Shown in pieces: positions 1 through 12,396 of a DNA stretch of 64,000 nucleotides. The first letter of the stretch is position 1. Each line of letters starts with the position of its first letter. The DNA is from Octopus sinensis (lineage: Eukaryota). The position numbers and the translations under genes were made by a program. The notes below the pieces were generated by a model. That model was not told the origin of the DNA. It worked only from the letters and a program-made list of their open reading frames with translations, and did no database searches. The DNA lies in the NCBI RefSeq assembly GCF_006345805.1, contig NC_043005.1, forward strand, positions 84,010,001 through 84,074,000, given 5' to 3'.

Positions 1-2
1 CT

Positions 3-782
3 AATCGACTCTACTCTAATTGCTCTCTTGAGGGCAAACCACCAGTTGTTGTTGATGATTGCCCCCGTGAGCGCCCGCTTAACTAGTAAACTAATCCGGT
101 CTCTGTAAGCTTTGCACGCCGTTAACGACGCGTTCAGCTTCCAGTAGCCGGGTCCCTGTCTATGTAGCCTATCTAAGTCGACCGTACAGATCACTAATTT
201 GTGGTCCGTATATTCGACTAGGTGGAATTGTGGACACCCTACGCTGTCCTTATCCGCTGGCCTACAAAACACTCTATCTAAGTACGATCTAGACGACCCG
301 ATGCGGTTTGTCCAAGTCCACATTGGCACATTCGGGTTGTCTAGTCGAAACCTGTCGGACAGCTGAAAGCGGCCGAGTAGGTTGGCGAGGCTCTTGCACC
401 CTCCCCCTCTCCTATCAGACGCTCCCCTGCCCACCCGATCGAAACGTTCGTCTAAGACAGCGTTCCAATCCCCAACTAGTACTAGAGTGCGTGACGTTCC
501 CAGGAAAACTTCCAGACGTTTGAAATAATCCGACTGCCCTGCTCCTGTCGGAGCGTAGGCAGCCAGCAGTCTGAAAGCACCGCCGTCACTACCGTCCACG
601 TCGAGGACTACCAACTTACCTTCCGGATCCAAGAAGACTGTCCTTATTTTCAGGTCCAGGCCCTTCCGAAACAACACCGCAGTACCACCACCGCCCGCTC
701 CCGGCCGACACGGAGATAGAAATATCTCGTATCCGCCGAAAAGGGCTGCGAGTTCCTGCGGGTCGGAGAGCCTGGTTTCCCT
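3..782 (-). CDS. L1/Tx1-clade LINE ORF2, apurinic-like endonuclease domain, partial (5'-truncated, runs off window start)
   Basis: Hand translation: no stop in this minus frame from 797 to 3. Reads RETRLSDPQEL...GTAVLFRKGL...FRLLAAYAP...LVLVGDWNAVLD...WTWTNRIGSSRSYLDRVF...EYTDHKLV...GPGYWKLNASL. GDWN, YLDR, TDH and GPGYWKLN are L1/Tx1 endonuclease motifs. GC- and CpG-rich compared with the flanks. Confidence 0.93.
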
Positions 783-1058
783 AATTGTGTACAGTGCTCA
801 GGTGCACTACAACTCATCTAAAGTGTATATATAATCAGGTGTAGTTTCGGCGGATTTCGGAAAGCATGAGGGCCTTAAAAGATGCAGTGTCATGGCAGTC
901 AACAACTGACGCAGGCAGTTTATTCCATGCTTCAGCAACTCTGAGCGTGAAAAAATGTTTCCGAAAGTCATGGGAGCTGTATTGTTTTCTGACTTTGTAG
1001 GCATGTCCACGTGTGTTAGACACATGGAGATCAAAAAGGTGTTCAGTGTTGTTGTTGG
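783..1058 (-). mobile_element. CR1-clade LINE 3' fragment
   Basis: Encodes NTRGHAYKVRKQ...RKHFFTLRVAEAWNKLPASVV (CR1 ORF2 C-terminus) and ends in the GTGCACCTGAGCACTGTA(C/T)ACAAT 3' end shared with copies at 5.1, 17.2, 43.1 and 52.5 kb. Confidence 0.88.
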
Positions 1059-2802
1059 TGTTTTCGAAATTGGTGATATGAACTTATAGGTACGCTAGTA
1101 CCAGAATTGTTACATTGTCGGTCAGAATGCTGTGTGATAACCGTTCCGGTTATCTCCACTCTGAGTTCAAATCCCACCGCGGTCAATTTTGTCTGTGCAC
1201 CCTTTCGGGGTCGATAAACTAACTATCTACAATGAGGGGTGGTTCTTTCTCTCTCTGATAGTCTTTGTTCCTGGAAGGTCAGACTTGGAGGATAGATTCC
1301 GCTAGGTCTAAAAAAAAAAAAAGCAAACGAAAGAAAAGAAACCCAAAACAAAACCCAAGCCACGCCATAAATCGGGTCGACACCCCGCCTACGTCACCAT
1401 CAAGGCATTGAATGCCCAAAGAATGGTGGTAATAAGAACTTATGTGAGCTCATTGACTATTCCCTTCCACGCAAATTGCTGGCCTTATGCCAGGCAGAAT
1501 CGTTAGCGTGTCGTACAAAATGCTCAGCGGCATTTCGGCCGTCTTATGAGTTTAATTCTGCCGAGATCGACTTTGCCTTTCATTTTTTCGAGGGCGATAA
1601 AAAAAGGACCAGTTGAATATCGGAATCAATGAAAGCAACTTAACCCTTCCCCTAAAATTGCTGGCCGCCGCCTTCTTATCATTATTATTATTCCATGTTT
1701 TATTGTTGATGTCTTAGAAATCGATAGAGGTGATTTCCTTGGTGCCAGCTTTGCCAACCGTAAAATCAGCGAAGCAAGTCGAATAAAACAGGGTTCGTTC
1801 CGCTACTTGAACACGCTCGAATTTATTTATTTATTCAGATTGACATTTAATTATTATTAATTGACGAAGCATTCAATAAACAAATAAATAAAGCGTGGAA
1901 TGGGAAAAGCTAAATCAAACAAGATAAAGAAAAAAATAAAATATAATGCTGCCTTGTGGAAGACAACACAAAAGACAGAATGGAGACATTATCGCAAAAA
2001 GAGAGGAAATAATGCGTGTTTGAACTATATAAATACGCACTGACGTACGTGCGTATGTATGTATATAAAGAGATGTATAGAATATTCCCCTATGTATGTG
2101 GGTGTAATACTATTTATATATTCACGTGGAAAACGATGTATAAACAAGAATAAACAAGCGTGGAATCAATGTAACGAATCAAATAGACATGGTTCGCTTC
2201 TGCCCAACACACACAGTCAACATTTCCAACTGTATATTGATATGGGAAAGCTGAGGAAGAAAGGAAAAAAACAGCAGCGGAGGCAACCCTATACAATAGA
2301 GTCGGAAATTATCTAGTGTACCAAAAACTAATTTTTTCGGGTGTGTATATTTCATTAATTGCAGATTATAATTCTGTTCCACCCCAAATTTCTATATTTT
2401 GCGGGTTAGGTTGGTGGTGTCCTATCTCTTTATTGTGTACATTTTTTATACTTTTATTTTCATTTGACCATTTCATTAGATTTACATTTTAAACACTTGA
2501 AATTACGATCCTTCAAAAACATTCGTAACTTTTTACAACGGTTAATATAATTTCTCTCCACTCCTTCCTAAATAAAATGAGAAAATAAAAAATATTGAAA
2601 ATAAAAAAAATTACGGAAAAGAAGGGGAGGTGGGCACAAAATTTTCCCCCACCAACTGTCAATTTCCTTTTCTTTCTTCATAGAATCGTAATCTGTGGTG
2701 CTTAAAATATATAATTACCAAAGAAATTAGTTTTTGGCGCATTATATTATTTCCAACACTATTGTCAGGGAACGATATATATATAATTTGGAATAATATT
2801 CC

Positions 2803-2891
<89 letters not shown>

Positions 2892-3462
2892 ATGTCTTGC
2901 AAATGATAAAGAACAAGAACAGAAAGAAGAAAAAAATAAAGAGGAAGAATTTATGCAGTTGCTGCTAACTACTACCAAATCTATAAATGACACACAAAGA
3001 CAAATACACGCACGTACGCATACACAAAAACATATGTACATACATACATACATACATACATACATACGAATCAACGTGTTCGCACAGAACCAACCTGCTA
3101 GAGATAGCAGTCACATCTTCGAACCGCACATTTCACATCTTAAAAACAAAAATAATCGAAAAGAATAAAAGATCCGATAAAAGGATGCATGAAATAATGT
3201 AGTCTGAGAGACACAACGACCGAAATAAACAAAATTAATGTAATAAAACAAATAAATAAAAAGATGGGATGGTCACAGGTGGAATGTATTTGACCCAATG
3301 CAAAGTTCGATTAAGGGTGACCGATTTAGCTTAAACAACAACAATACATGCGCGATCACATTATTCGAATGTGTATATTTATACATTTCTATGTATTTAT
3401 ATTGACACCCAATTAAATTTTGTAAATAAACGGTTAACAAGCGATAATTAAGTTATCCTTAC

Positions 3463-3945
3463 CTTTTGCCAAAAGCCGAAGTTAAGTGAATCTTAGAAGT
3501 TGCATATTGAGAAACACTGAGTGTGTGTATACTATTATATACATGTACGTATAAATAGATTCACATATAAAAGTATAAATATATACACACACGCATTGGT
3601 AGAGACATGATGGTAAATGACAATAACAATGGCCAGAACTGCTGTTGTTCACCAGCTGAAGAATATCGCATCCTCGTCGTAATTTTTTCGCATCTTTTGT
3701 AGAATATAAATCCGTCTTGTAAAACAATTCTTCATTCTATCGCCGTCTTTTTTTCCTCTTTTTATTCTTCCTTCCTTTCTTTCTTCTTCTACTAACAATA
3801 ACAAACGGGTGCGTGTAGAATAATATGTAATGACTTTTGCGTCAGCCTTCGTTTCTTTTTGCTTTTCTTTCTGTTTCTGCTGCTGGTGTTGATGCTTCTG
3901 TTGGCCTGGCTTGCAGGGTTTCCGGCCGCGGGTTCCATTTAACGT
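3463..3945 (-). other. Candidate non-coding 5' exon of an unidentified minus-strand gene
   Basis: Unique CpG-containing sequence downstream of a (GA)n tract, ending in a strong donor AAG|GTAAGG at 3463/3462. No convincing ORF. Left end is defined by the donor, right end is approximate. Confidence 0.25.
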
Positions 3946-4023
3946 AAAATGTGTTATTGTCTTGGAGTGAGAGAGAAAGAGAGAGAGAGAGAAAAAGTGA
4001 GTGAGAATGTGTGCGATAGAGCG

Positions 4024-4059
<36 letters not shown>

Positions 4060-4649
4060 GGTGAGAGAAAGGAAATCGAGGAGGAGGGAGAGGAGGAAAT
4101 AAAGAATTACTAGAGTAGACTCAATTAGTGAATTGCTATTCTCAAAGAATGGGAGGAACTAGCTAGGTGGATGCCGGAAGTATTTAAATAATATAAACAG
4201 TTATCAAGATTCTCATACAGTTTGTATAATTAGCGGCAATTTTTAATGTAGTATGGTTTCTAGTTCTCAAAACACCCGAAGGTTTCTGCAATTCTGAAAA
4301 GAGTTGTAATAGTATTGATGGTGGTGTGTTGTTTAACCCCAGGTCAATTTTGATCGAGCAGGCCTAGAATGAGAAATCATTCTAACTGTGACCAATCTCA
4401 CCGTTTATTTTATCATTTTATTCTTTGGTAATTTTTTTCTTTTTTTTTTTAACTATTGCACCAGTCTCGCTAGACCAGTGTAAATCTTTAGTCGGAGGAC
4501 TTTCAGAATCGTTTTGATTATTTCATGGAGAACGAAAAGGGCGAGGTAGTGGGGTGGTTGTTTCTTTCTCTGAAAGAATTTTTTGTCCCAAGAATTTATC
4601 ATTTTATATCTTCCCCCACCCCGATTCCGCGCCCTTTTTGATAGTACTA

Positions 4650-4685
4650 ACTATTACACCCGTCTCACAAGACGGGTGTAATAGT
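4650..4685. repeat. Perfect 16-bp inverted repeat with 4-nt loop
   Basis: ACTATTACACCCGTCT-CACA-AGACGGGTGTAATAGT. Confidence 0.9.
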
Positions 4686-5199
4686 AATTTTTTTCAAATA
4701 TAGTATTTATCCATATCAAAAAAAAAAAAAAGACAGTAGGAATAATTTGAAATTTTGCTTCTATTTTTAGCAGGTGACCGTGTAGAAGCTCCCTCTAGTA
4801 TAGCATAATATGCGGGATAAATAAGAAAGGTTATTCGTTGCTGTTTTAATGAATATTATTTGTTTATTATGAAGAAGAAGAAAATATTAAAACTGAAAGA
4901 CTAACAGTAATCGAAAAGCGCCCTTCGTCAAAAGAGATATGAGGTGGGCTGAAAATCGAAACAACATCCACAAACGACATGGGGAAGCTTTTGCAACTTT
5001 TGTTGTTGTTGTGTCGCCTCAAGTCGATTTTAATTCATCAGTTCTACCATAAAAGACGTTCCAGCCACGATCGTTTAGTCTTTTTATTTTTTCCTCCGTT
5101 GTGGTGCACCTGAGCACTGTATACAATTAATTTCATTATATTATTATATCGAGCATAACGTATTATTGTTTTCATTTATCTATTCAACAGGGAGCCATG

Positions 5200-5550
5200 A
5201 CTTGCTTCAGAGCTTCCGGGACTGGTATATGGGAGGGCGGAAGATATCCTTAAACCAAAGCCTAGCCTGAATGTGTGCAACAGAGCGGAATCCCCTATCT
5301 TAAGTTGGAAAAGACAGGGGACACACTGGACCTAATAGAGTCGTAGGTAATATAAGTGGGAGAGGAAAGCGTCCCACGGTTCCAGAGGACTTTTAAGCTG
5401 GAAGCCACGGATAATTTCCAGAAATCCCTCGTCTGATAGTGCTATAGGAGGTGGTTCGAAATAATCCTCTACAGACATGGTCCTGTCCGAGATGCACGTA
5501 CAGCGACGAAACCATTCTGAACACACTCGTCCTGTGTTTGGGAACCGAGC
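5200..5550 (+). pseudogene. Decayed L1/Tx1 ORF2 C-terminal (zinc-knuckle) fragment
   Basis: Frameshifted and stop-containing frames read FQRTF...DNFQKSLV**CYR...LYRHG and SCPRCTYSDETILNTLVLC, matching the CxxC...H...C region of Tx1 ORF2. Confidence 0.7.
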
Positions 5551-6336
5551 CTTGTGGGGGAGGGGGTGATGGTAGCGATCTAAATGCTATTTAGATATTT
5601 AGCTCGGTATAAAACATTCTCTCGTGACATTTTAGCTGTAATAATAAGAATGATTTGTAGTAGTAATTAAAATATGACTGCATTTAAATTAGCGGCTGTA
5701 AATGACACGGGTGGAAGAAAATATGTAAGAGCATATTTATTTATATTATGTGCGTGTATGTGTTTATGTGTGTGTTTGAGTGTGTGAATATATAAAGGCG
5801 TGTGGATGGGTTAATGTGCGTAAATGTTTGTGTTGTGTGCGTATGTAAATGTAAATGTGCATGTTGGTGTGTATACACATGTTTGTGCATAAGTATATGC
5901 ATGTATGTGTGTTGGTGTATATGCATATATGTGTGTGTGCAAACGTGTCTTGGTGCATATGCCTATATGTGACTGTAAATGTATGTGCGTGTGTATGTAT
6001 ATATAATCGAGATTCAGTTGAATTAGGTACCTAAGTTGAAGCACCAAAAATTAGTGCGGTATTATCCGTACAATTCAAAATAAGGTGAATAAAATCAAAA
6101 TAAGCAACAGGATATCCTTTATCTTATTTTGATTTATACACACACACACACACATATATATATAAAGGATATTATTATAAAATAATAATAATATCAGTGG
6201 GTAGCATGCATTAAAATAGAGATAAAAATTAAAGTCTATAATTATATATGATATATAATTATAATGAAAGGCACTAGGGAAAAGTATTTGTATGCTAGAA
6301 ATAGAAGTCAAAACGACTCTATGAGTGATTTATAAT

Positions 6337-6367
<31 letters not shown>

Positions 6368-6371
6368 TCAA

Positions 6372-6700
6372 TATAGGGAGGCAAAAAATTTTGTAGAATT
6401 CTTTGCCCCCAGCGGCCTAGTGGGAAAAAATTAAATAGTCATAAACCATTTTTAAGTTCAATATCACAATCAAGGAACGGCCATAATAGGCCATTCACCC
6501 ACTAGAATACAACAGCCAAAAAGCTTCACCGCAAAATAACATTAATTCTGTAAACCAGGAGAAAATTAAAAAAATTAAAAAAAATTAAAAATGTTTTTTT
6601 AATTTTCTCCTGGTTTACAGAATTAATGTTATTTTGCGGTTGAAGCTTTTTGGCTGTTATTTCTAGTGGGTGAATGGCCTATTATGGCCGTTCCTTGATT

Positions 6701-6707
<7 letters not shown>
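6372..6707. mobile_element. Penelope-like terminal fragment with inverted (fold-back) copy, between (TA)n tracts
   Basis: Arms 6461-6574 and 6594-6707 are near-identical reverse complements. The left end ATATAGGGAG with a terminal hairpin resembles the (TA)n-abutting ends of other repeats in this window. The PLE assignment is inference. Confidence 0.6.
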
Positions 6708-6733
<26 letters not shown>

Positions 6734-6740
<7 letters not shown>

Positions 6741-7571
6741 CTTGATAAGAGAACAAACATCAAATTCGAGTCAACGACTCTACATAACACCACGCTTCAA
6801 TACATTTGATCATATATAAATATTACCATGGCTCTTAAACATATAAAGAATACATACATAAAAAATACAGAAGGTAAAAATTATATGCAATAAAAATGCA
6901 AATATATAGAACAGCTTATCAAGAACGTGTATACAATCTACTAAAAAATCTAAAGTGTGTCATGCGACTAAAAATCTAAGTAAAATATCAATCGATTAAA
7001 AAAGATTTTTTTTATTATATCAATGTCTTTTTTTTTTATCTCTGTCTCAATCTCATTTGAGCACTTCTTTTTTGTAGTTGTATAAACTTTTTTTGTCTCT
7101 ATAAAAAGAGGCAAAAATTATTTCTTGTCATATATATATATAATATATATATATATATAATATATATATATATATGTATATACATTGATAAGAGAACAAA
7201 CATCAAATTCGAGTCAACGACTCTACATAACACCACGCTTCAATACATTTGATCATATATAAATATTACCATGGCTCTTAAACATATAAAGAATACATAC
7301 ATAAAAAATACAGAAGGTAAAAATATATATGCAATAAAAATGCAAATATATAGAACAGCTTATCAAGAACGTGTATACAATCTACTAAAAAATCTAAAGT
7401 GTGTCATGCGACTAAAAATCTAAGTAAAATATCAATCGATTAAAAAAGATTTTTTTTATTATATCAATGTCTTTTTTTTTTATCTCTGTCTCAATCTCAT
7501 TTGAGCACTTCTTTTTTGTAGTTGTATAAACTTTTTTTGTCTCTATAAAAAGAGGCAAAAATTATTTCTTG

Positions 7572-7574
<3 letters not shown>
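6734..7574. repeat. Near-identical tandem duplication of about 400 bp, separated by a (TA)n run
   Basis: 6734-7130 and 7176-7574 match almost base for base. Confidence 0.9.
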
Positions 7575-7612
<38 letters not shown>

Positions 7613-7987
7613 AGATGTATATATATATATATGATATATATATATATAAAAGAGATAAATGATTTGGGAAAACAAATTTCCAAATCATTCAGGTGTAACC
7701 CTGCAGTGTTATATGCATCTCCATATCTTACTTTGGGGTCTTATTTATCATATATTTGTATATTTATCTATAAATATACAAAGTATCTGATAAAAGTCAA
7801 TATTCAATATTTGGGGATTAATCGATATGCGGGTATTCTGTTTCAGATAATACAAAAATAACCCAATGAGTATATCTGACAGTAAACTCATGGTATCAGT
7901 TTGCACATCACAAAATAATACTTAAAGGATGTAACTAAAATTTCCAGCTGGGTATATAATGTACTTCATTAATTATATCATACTTTA

Positions 7988-8363
7988 GGAGTGGCTGTGT
8001 GGTAAGTAGCTTGCCTACCAACCACATGGTTCCGGGTTCAGTCCCACTGCGTAGCACCTTCGGCAAGTGTCTTCTACTATAGCCTCGGGCCGACCAAAGC
8101 CTTGTGAGGGATTTGGTAGACGGAATCTGAAAGAAGCCCGTCGTATATATGTATATATATATATATATGTGTGTGTGCGTGTATGTTTGTGTGTCTGTGT
8201 CTGTCCCCCTAGCATTGCTTGACAACCAATGCTGGTGTGTTCGGCAAAAAGAGACCGATAGAATAAGTACTGGGCTTACAAAGAATAAGTCCCGGGGTCG
8301 AGTTGCTCGACTAAAGGCGGTGCTCCAGCATGGCCGCAGTCAAATGACTGAAACAAGTAAAGA

Positions 8364-8364
<1 letters not shown>
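7988..8364 (+). mobile_element. tRNA-derived SINE, family A
   Basis: Head GGAGTGGCTGTGTGGTAAG...GGTTCAGTCCC with A and B boxes, internal TA/TG microsatellite, tail ...GTCAAATGACTGAAACAAGTAAAAGAG. More than 12 copies in the window. Confidence 0.9.
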
Positions 8365-8411
<47 letters not shown>

Positions 8412-8959
8412 TGTGTGTGTGTATCAAATTCTATGTTATTTCATTATATGATTACAGTTTGACAGAAATAATGAGATTATTTTCCAACATGTCCAGGAGG
8501 ACATGTTGGAATTAGAACCCCTTCCCCACTTTTTTCACAAAAATTTCCTTGGATTCCTGTTTTCCATCTCTCAAAACTTAAAAAAAACAAAAAAAAGAGA
8601 TTTTCAAATTTTTGATTTTGCTCTCCAGCTCAGTGCCACCAATATTTTGGTTTTTAACTTCTTTTCAAAGAAATTTTTTTGCAGGGGACTCCATGTTGAA
8701 AAATAGGAAGATTATGGACAGAAGAAAAAGTAAAATAATTTTCAAATTTTTAATCTGTCTCTTTTCCAATATATTTTTTTGTTTTTAATTTTTAAAAACC
8801 TTTTTTCAATTTTTTTGTTGTTGTTCAGGATTCCATAGTTTTAAAAAAGAGAAAATTTTTATCTCTTCCCTTCCAACAAATTCTTTTTTTTTTTATATTT
8901 TTCTTCAAAATGTACTGATTGCTTAAAATAATTTCTCATTTTCAATTTATGATCATTAA

Positions 8960-9267
8960 CCCCTTAACCAACAATTATTTTGAAAATAAATGTATTTTTT
9001 CAGACATATTTTTTAATTGTTTTATTTTACTATGTTTTGAATGGTGATTTCGAGGTATATTTCAAACCTTATTTATTATGAATTTTAATTCAATAATATT
9101 GATTTTAAATTACCGCTTTGGGCAGAAACGAGTTAACCCATTTTTAGACGAAGGAACTCGTTTGCTGTCGATTTTGGCGAGTCTATCTTTTGACGAGTTA
9201 ACTCGCCAGAGATAGAAAAAAACGATTTCGGTCAAAACGCATATATTCGTTTCTGCCGGGTAAGGGG
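8960..9267. mobile_element. piggyBac-like MITE
   Basis: TTAA on both sides (8956-8959, 9268-9271). Termini CCCCTTAACC... and ...GGTAAGGGG. Confidence 0.6.
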
Positions 9268-9980
9268 TTAACCTCCCCATAAAAAAAAGCAGCCAAATAT
9301 TCGATATGTAATTGAAAGTTCAGGGATGGAGGAAATGACGACAACAACAATATCCATTTTCCTCTTGTTCTGGTCCAACGACTCTCCATGTTTTGTTTTC
9401 GTTCGGTTTTCATGTATGTCTCCATTGTCATGGTTTTGTTCTCAACTTTCACCCTCCATAAATCCTAAATTTTATTTTAGAATTTATGGGAGCAACTGTC
9501 TTTGAAGACTCGTATTGTCGTTGAATGCTCGAAATGAGGAGTAGACAGACAGCTGACAACTGATGAAGGGTTGTTTCTCTGTGTTTAGTTGTCCTGTTTT
9601 CTATTTTTTTTCTCTTGTTGTTTGCATATTTAACTCGTTTGTATGCATATTTCATGTTGTTTACACAGTTGGTGACGCCCTGTACCCATATATGCATATA
9701 TACAAATACATATATATATATATATATATATATATTAAATTAGAGATAAAACCACTATTAGGCAAATCAAACAGTGAAAAACATAAACCAAAACATAGAA
9801 ATAAAATTAATTAATGTAATATACAAAATATATGAAATATAAAATTCAAAATTTAAATCAATTAAATTTAAAGTTAAAATTAAAAAAAATTTTTTAAATA
9901 TTAATTTATACTTATAAATTTATATACATATATATATTATTATTATTTTTATTATTTTTTAAATTATATATTTATTTATT

Positions 9981-10017
<37 letters not shown>

Positions 10018-10575
10018 TGTAAAATTAGATTTAATCCTAAATCTAATTTTTCCCTGTAAGTTTGGATTTATTCCCTAATATTATTATTATGTATATATAT
10101 ATATATATATATATATAACGAGGCATACAACATAAGGAATATTCCCCTTCTTTAGTTGTACCTGTTTCATCTACTCTGCGTTATATGAGTAGTTTAAAAT
10201 GTGGATTAAAAGAATCGTGTGGCTATCACAGTATGCTCCTTTCACGGATTCAATTATCAGTCCACAGTTCATGCAGTTATTAATTACAAAGTTGGATAGT
10301 ATGAAGTATCTGTGTATTTGAAAATTCCCAAAACCTGGGCAATAAAATTATTCACTGAGGAGAATAAAAAGAACACGATGCCAGGAGGTAGGACAGATGA
10401 ATATATATTTATTTAACCTCACGGTTAAATAAATACATATTCACCTCTCAAACCTCATAACTTTATGTTTTATATGCATATATATATATGATGATGATGA
10501 TATATATACATACATACATATATACATACATACATACATACATAAGCATATATATATATATATACATACATATAT

Positions 10576-10996
10576 ATTCTTTTATTCTTTTACTTGTTTC
10601 AGTCATTTGATTGTGGCCATGCTTGAGCACCACCTTTAGTCGAGCAAATCGATCCCAGGACTTATTCTTTGTAAGCCTAGTACTTATTCTATCGGTCTCT
10701 TTTGCCGAACCGCTAAGTTACAGGGACGTAAACACACCAGCATCGGTTGCCAAGCGATGTTGGGGGGGACGAACACAAACACACAAACATATACACACAC
10801 ATACATATATATATATATACATATACATATACATATATACGATGGGTTTCTTTCAGTTTCCGTCTACTAAATCTACTCACAAGGCTTTGGGCGGCCCGAG
10901 TCTATAGTAGAAGACACTTGCTCAAGGTGCCACGCAGTGGGACTGAACCCGGAACCATGTGGTTGGTAAACAAGCTACTTACCACACAGCCACTCT
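10576..10996 (-). mobile_element. SINE family A
   Basis: Reverse complement of the 7988-8364 element. Confidence 0.9.
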
Positions 10997-11196
10997 GCGC
11001 CTATATATATATAACAATTGCAGCATGGAAGGTGTTTATAAGCCATTTAAGAAACACACAAAAACCATGCTGCACGGAATTTTGTCAGTGAACAGGTTGC
11101 GGTCTCAAAGTGATGAAAATATTCACTGATATATTCACTGTGTGTATGTATATCTTTTGGATTTTTGTTGTTTGTTTTTATTTTTGTTTTTACTTT

Positions 11197-11580
11197 GACT
11201 GGCTGTGTGGTAAGAACTTTGCTTTCCAACCACATGGTTCTGGGTTCAGTCCCACTGCATGGCAAGTGCCTTCTACTATAGCCTTAGGCCAACCAAAGCC
11301 TTGTGAGTGGATTTGATAGACAGAAACTGAAAGAAGCCCATCGTGTTTATATATATATATATGTATATGTTTGTGTGTCTGTGTTTGTCCCCTGCCATCG
11401 CTTGACAACCAATGTTGGTGTGTTTACATACCCATAAATTAGTGGTTCAGCAAAAGAGATCGATAGAATAAGTACTAGGGTTATGAAGAATAAGTTCTGG
11501 GGTCAATTTGTTCAACTAAAGGCGTTGCTCCAGCATGGCTGCAGTCAAATGACTGAAACAGGTAAAAGAATAAAAGAATA
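11197..11580 (+). mobile_element. SINE family A
   Basis: Same head, body and tail as 7988-8364. Confidence 0.88.
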
Positions 11581-11690
11581 TATGGTAGATCCTGGAAGGT
11601 CTAGCACTTAATTTTGGGATTGAAATCTATACCAACTCTTAACTGGATGCTACTGCATAATACTGAAGCTCCTATCCTCTCTATTTAGAG

Positions 11691-12396
11691 CAGGGGTCAC
11701 CAAATTATAGCCTGCAGGCCGGATCCAGCCCACGAGGTCAGTTCATCCGGCCCACTGCTGCACTGTACTCTTTGTGTAAGCACCTGCAATGAGTTACAGT
11801 CTCAATTGGCTTGCCGGGCCTTCTGAAGCACAACATCTTTCTAAAGGTCTCGGTTACTAGTCATTGCCTCGGTGAGGCCTAATGTTCGAAGGTTGTGCAT
11901 CACCACCTCATCCCAGGTCTTCCTGGGTCTACCTCTTCCATAGGTCCCCTCAACCGCTAGGGTATAGCACTTTTTCACACAGCTGTCCTCATCCATTCCT
12001 ATGTCTGTGAGCAAATATTTTCAAAAATGAAGAAAGTGAAGTCGGCACATTGAACGAGGTCGACTGATGAACATTTGAAAGCTATTCTCTTGATTGGATG
12101 CAGCAATTCCAAAACAAATATTGATGATATCTTAAAAGCTAAGCACCAGTTTCACAAATCTCACTAACCTTTTTTGCTGCTTAGTTTGTGAGATTCGGAT
12201 ATGTGTGCACTGGATGTGATATAACTATCTCATTGCTAACATCACCTTCTTTAATAACTTTCTGGTAAATGAATATGATGGTTGTCTTTATTTTTTGTGT
12301 ATTCACTGTATTGTAGTGAACAAAATGATTATGTGGCCTGCACTCATCATTCTCTCATTTATTTGGCCCACCATGAAAAAAGTTTGGTAACCCTTT
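11691..12396. mobile_element. hAT (Charlie/Buster-type) non-autonomous element
   Basis: TIRs CAGGGGTCACCAAA and TTTGGTAACCCTT. 8-bp TSD ATTTAGAG / ATCTAGAT fits NTCTAGAN. An empty paralogous site ATCTAGAG lies at 15094-15101. Confidence 0.8.
11782..11997 (-). mobile_element. RTE-clade LINE 3' fragment nested in the hAT element
   Basis: Translates MDEDSCVKKCYTLAVEGTYGRGRPRKTWDEVV... Confidence 0.8.

Noticed and set aside
308-523. 71-aa plus-strand ORF in the track
   Set aside because: Antisense shadow of the Tx1 endonuclease frame.
8482-8511. 13-bp hairpin TTCCAACATGTCC-AGGA-GGACATGTTGGAA
   Set aside because: Probably TIR-derived, since a matching CATGTTGAAAAATA end at about 8692-8704 suggests a small MITE. 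Not enough support for an independent feature.
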